DNA of 63,994 nucleotides, filler included, from Octopus bimaculoides (lineage: Eukaryota), in the NCBI RefSeq assembly GCF_001194135.2. It is 6 parts of 6 records of this genome, joined end to end, with 100 filler letters (N's around TTAATTAATTAA, not from the genome) between each part and the next. Parts side by side here need not be neighbours in the genome. Positions count along the whole stretch, not along the records: positions 61,568 to 63,994 come from NC_068995.1; 5 more parts are not named here. One strand, written 5' to 3'. This document shows, one piece after another, positions 63,816 to 63,994 of this stretch. The notes under the pieces were generated by a model. That model saw only the letters and a list, made by a program, of their open reading frames with translations, did not search any database and had not been told where the DNA came from. Position numbers and translations under genes: made by a program. The first letter of the stretch is position 1. Every line of letters begins with the position of its first letter.

Positions 63816-63994
63816 ATACCATATTTCCCACCCCCACCTTTTTTTTCGCATTTTACAGAATCTATTTTTGCTGCAACTTAATACAAACCTTACAGGCAAC
63901 AATGGCTTCCATTTGGGTAACATGGCAACCATTGTTGTGTGTGTGTGAGAGAGAGAGAGAGAGTTAATAGATGTTATTATTCTTTTCTACTCTT

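Overview
Eukaryotic animal genomic DNA, AT-rich and extremely dense in microsatellites and transposon debris. The SINE and microsatellite landscape looks coleoid-cephalopod (Octopus-like); this is an inference. About 15% of the window is N gaps, including five artificial 100-bp scaffold spacers (N44-TTAATTAATTAA-N44). The only confidently recognisable host coding sequence is the first coding exon of a CDKL1-like kinase on the minus strand (19165-18998). A CpG-depleted block at 1-6984 holds candidate plus-strand exons of a second gene. The rest is mobile-element relics: R4/Dong, CR1, RTE, Tx1 and Penelope-like retroelements, Tc1/mariner, pogo-like and hAT DNA elements, and at least five tRNA-derived SINE types. 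All transposon ORFs are disrupted. The most interesting signals are (1) a type I hammerhead-ribozyme-like fold with all core nucleotides inside an extended stem (24810-24891), (2) a 1.7-kb ORF1-only zinc-knuckle element bracketed by 22-bp direct repeats, HAL1-like (53591-55312), (3) R4/Dong LINE pieces and one SINE family sharing (AAT)n/(ATT)n microsatellites as landing pads in opposite orientations, and (4) several inverted repeats able to form long dsRNA. No prokaryotic-type system (CRISPR, operon, defence island) is present. Element boundaries are approximate unless TIR or TSD coordinates are given, and all alignments were done by eye.
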